64,000 nucleotides of DNA from Bugula neritina (taxonomy: Eukaryota; Animalia; Bryozoa): assembly GCA_964035545.1 (NCBI GenBank), contig OZ037765.1:868001-932000 (forward strand), given 5' to 3'. The position numbers and the translations under genes were made by a program. How positions within the stretch are numbered: position 1 is the first letter of the stretch; each line of letters opens with the position of its first letter. The notes beneath the pieces were generated by a model that worked only from the letters and a program-made list of their open reading frames with translations, ran no database searches and had not been told where the DNA came from. Positions 63,192 through 64,000 of the stretch are shown piece after piece.

Positions 63192-64000
63192 GTTGGGCTC
63201 TTTTTAGAATAAAGTAAAAAAATTGAAACGATAAGTAATAACCAGTAAATCTAGCATTTTGTAAAATATTTTTATTGAGGGTGATTAATTGTTGCACGCA
63301 TTGAAACAAAATTGACTAGTTATAGCTCATATGTTACATTTACGAAAGGGAACAACTTCTAAGTTTATATTTCAATGGTTAAAATAATAATGAAATTATT
63401 TCTTTATTTGATTTGGCTGTCAGATTATAACAATTTGTATATTGCAGTGACTTTGTATTTATAAAGCAACAGTTGGAGGCGCTTCAAAAGAATGCAACTT
63501 TTTTGACTTGTCACCAATAAAAATAAGTTGAATAATTTCATATTTTGCGGTTGTTTCCTCCCTATATCTAGAGAGCAGATAATTTCTTATATTAACGATA
63601 TGATATTATCGCTTAGTTTTTGAGTAACCAAGGCACCTGCTGTAAATGGTAGATGGTGCTTAGCTCATAACAAATCACGTCACTGGAAAATTTTTTAGAC
63701 TGTTCCCATTTATCAAGTGAAGTAAATTTGCAAAGTAAGAACTTTTCAACCATGTACTATGATGATTCCAGTTTTAGTGGCAAGTGATGATATATTTTCC
63801 ACTTGTAGTTTTCTTTCATTTTAGTTTTTCAATTCAAAATAGTTGATACAGTTTCTAACCAAAAGGATTAAATTGATGAAGCTGTGCATACATGAGCATT
63901 GAAATTTAACGAAGTTATCAGCCAAGCGTATGTGAATGTAAAACATTTTTTACAGTAACCACCATTTGAGTGCAAGTTTATAAGCTAAGTATAGTACATA

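Overview
AT-rich eukaryotic (metazoan, invertebrate-like) genomic DNA with GT-AG spliceosomal introns; the species cannot be determined from the sequence alone. Five intron-containing genes were reconstructed by hand: (1) a minus-strand cell-surface or secreted protein with repeated Ig-like modules and a Thr-rich mucin segment (about 11506 to 3561 or lower; 3' end not resolved); (2) a full-length ABCA-family transporter (+, 18162-38089, about 38 exons); (3) a Sulfotransfer_2/CHST-type carbohydrate sulfotransferase (+, 39637-42345); (4) an SLC22 organic cation transporter (-, 49541-42675); (5) PRPF40 (-, 63191-54444). Most long ORFs in the ORF track are artefacts of tandem repeats. The main observation is that more than 30 minisatellites, nearly all with a private unit, sit in introns. 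Many begin or end exactly at a splice site, and several units contain the junction itself (exon tail plus GT donor, or branch point plus AG acceptor). This makes ladders of 3 to about 30 duplicate splice sites, some in frame and stop-free. Also present: a MITE with perfect 73-bp TIRs, a MULE-like foldback element with a 9-bp TSD plus a decayed second copy, and tRNA-like SINE heads. All coordinates and copy numbers were counted by eye and may be off by a few bases.
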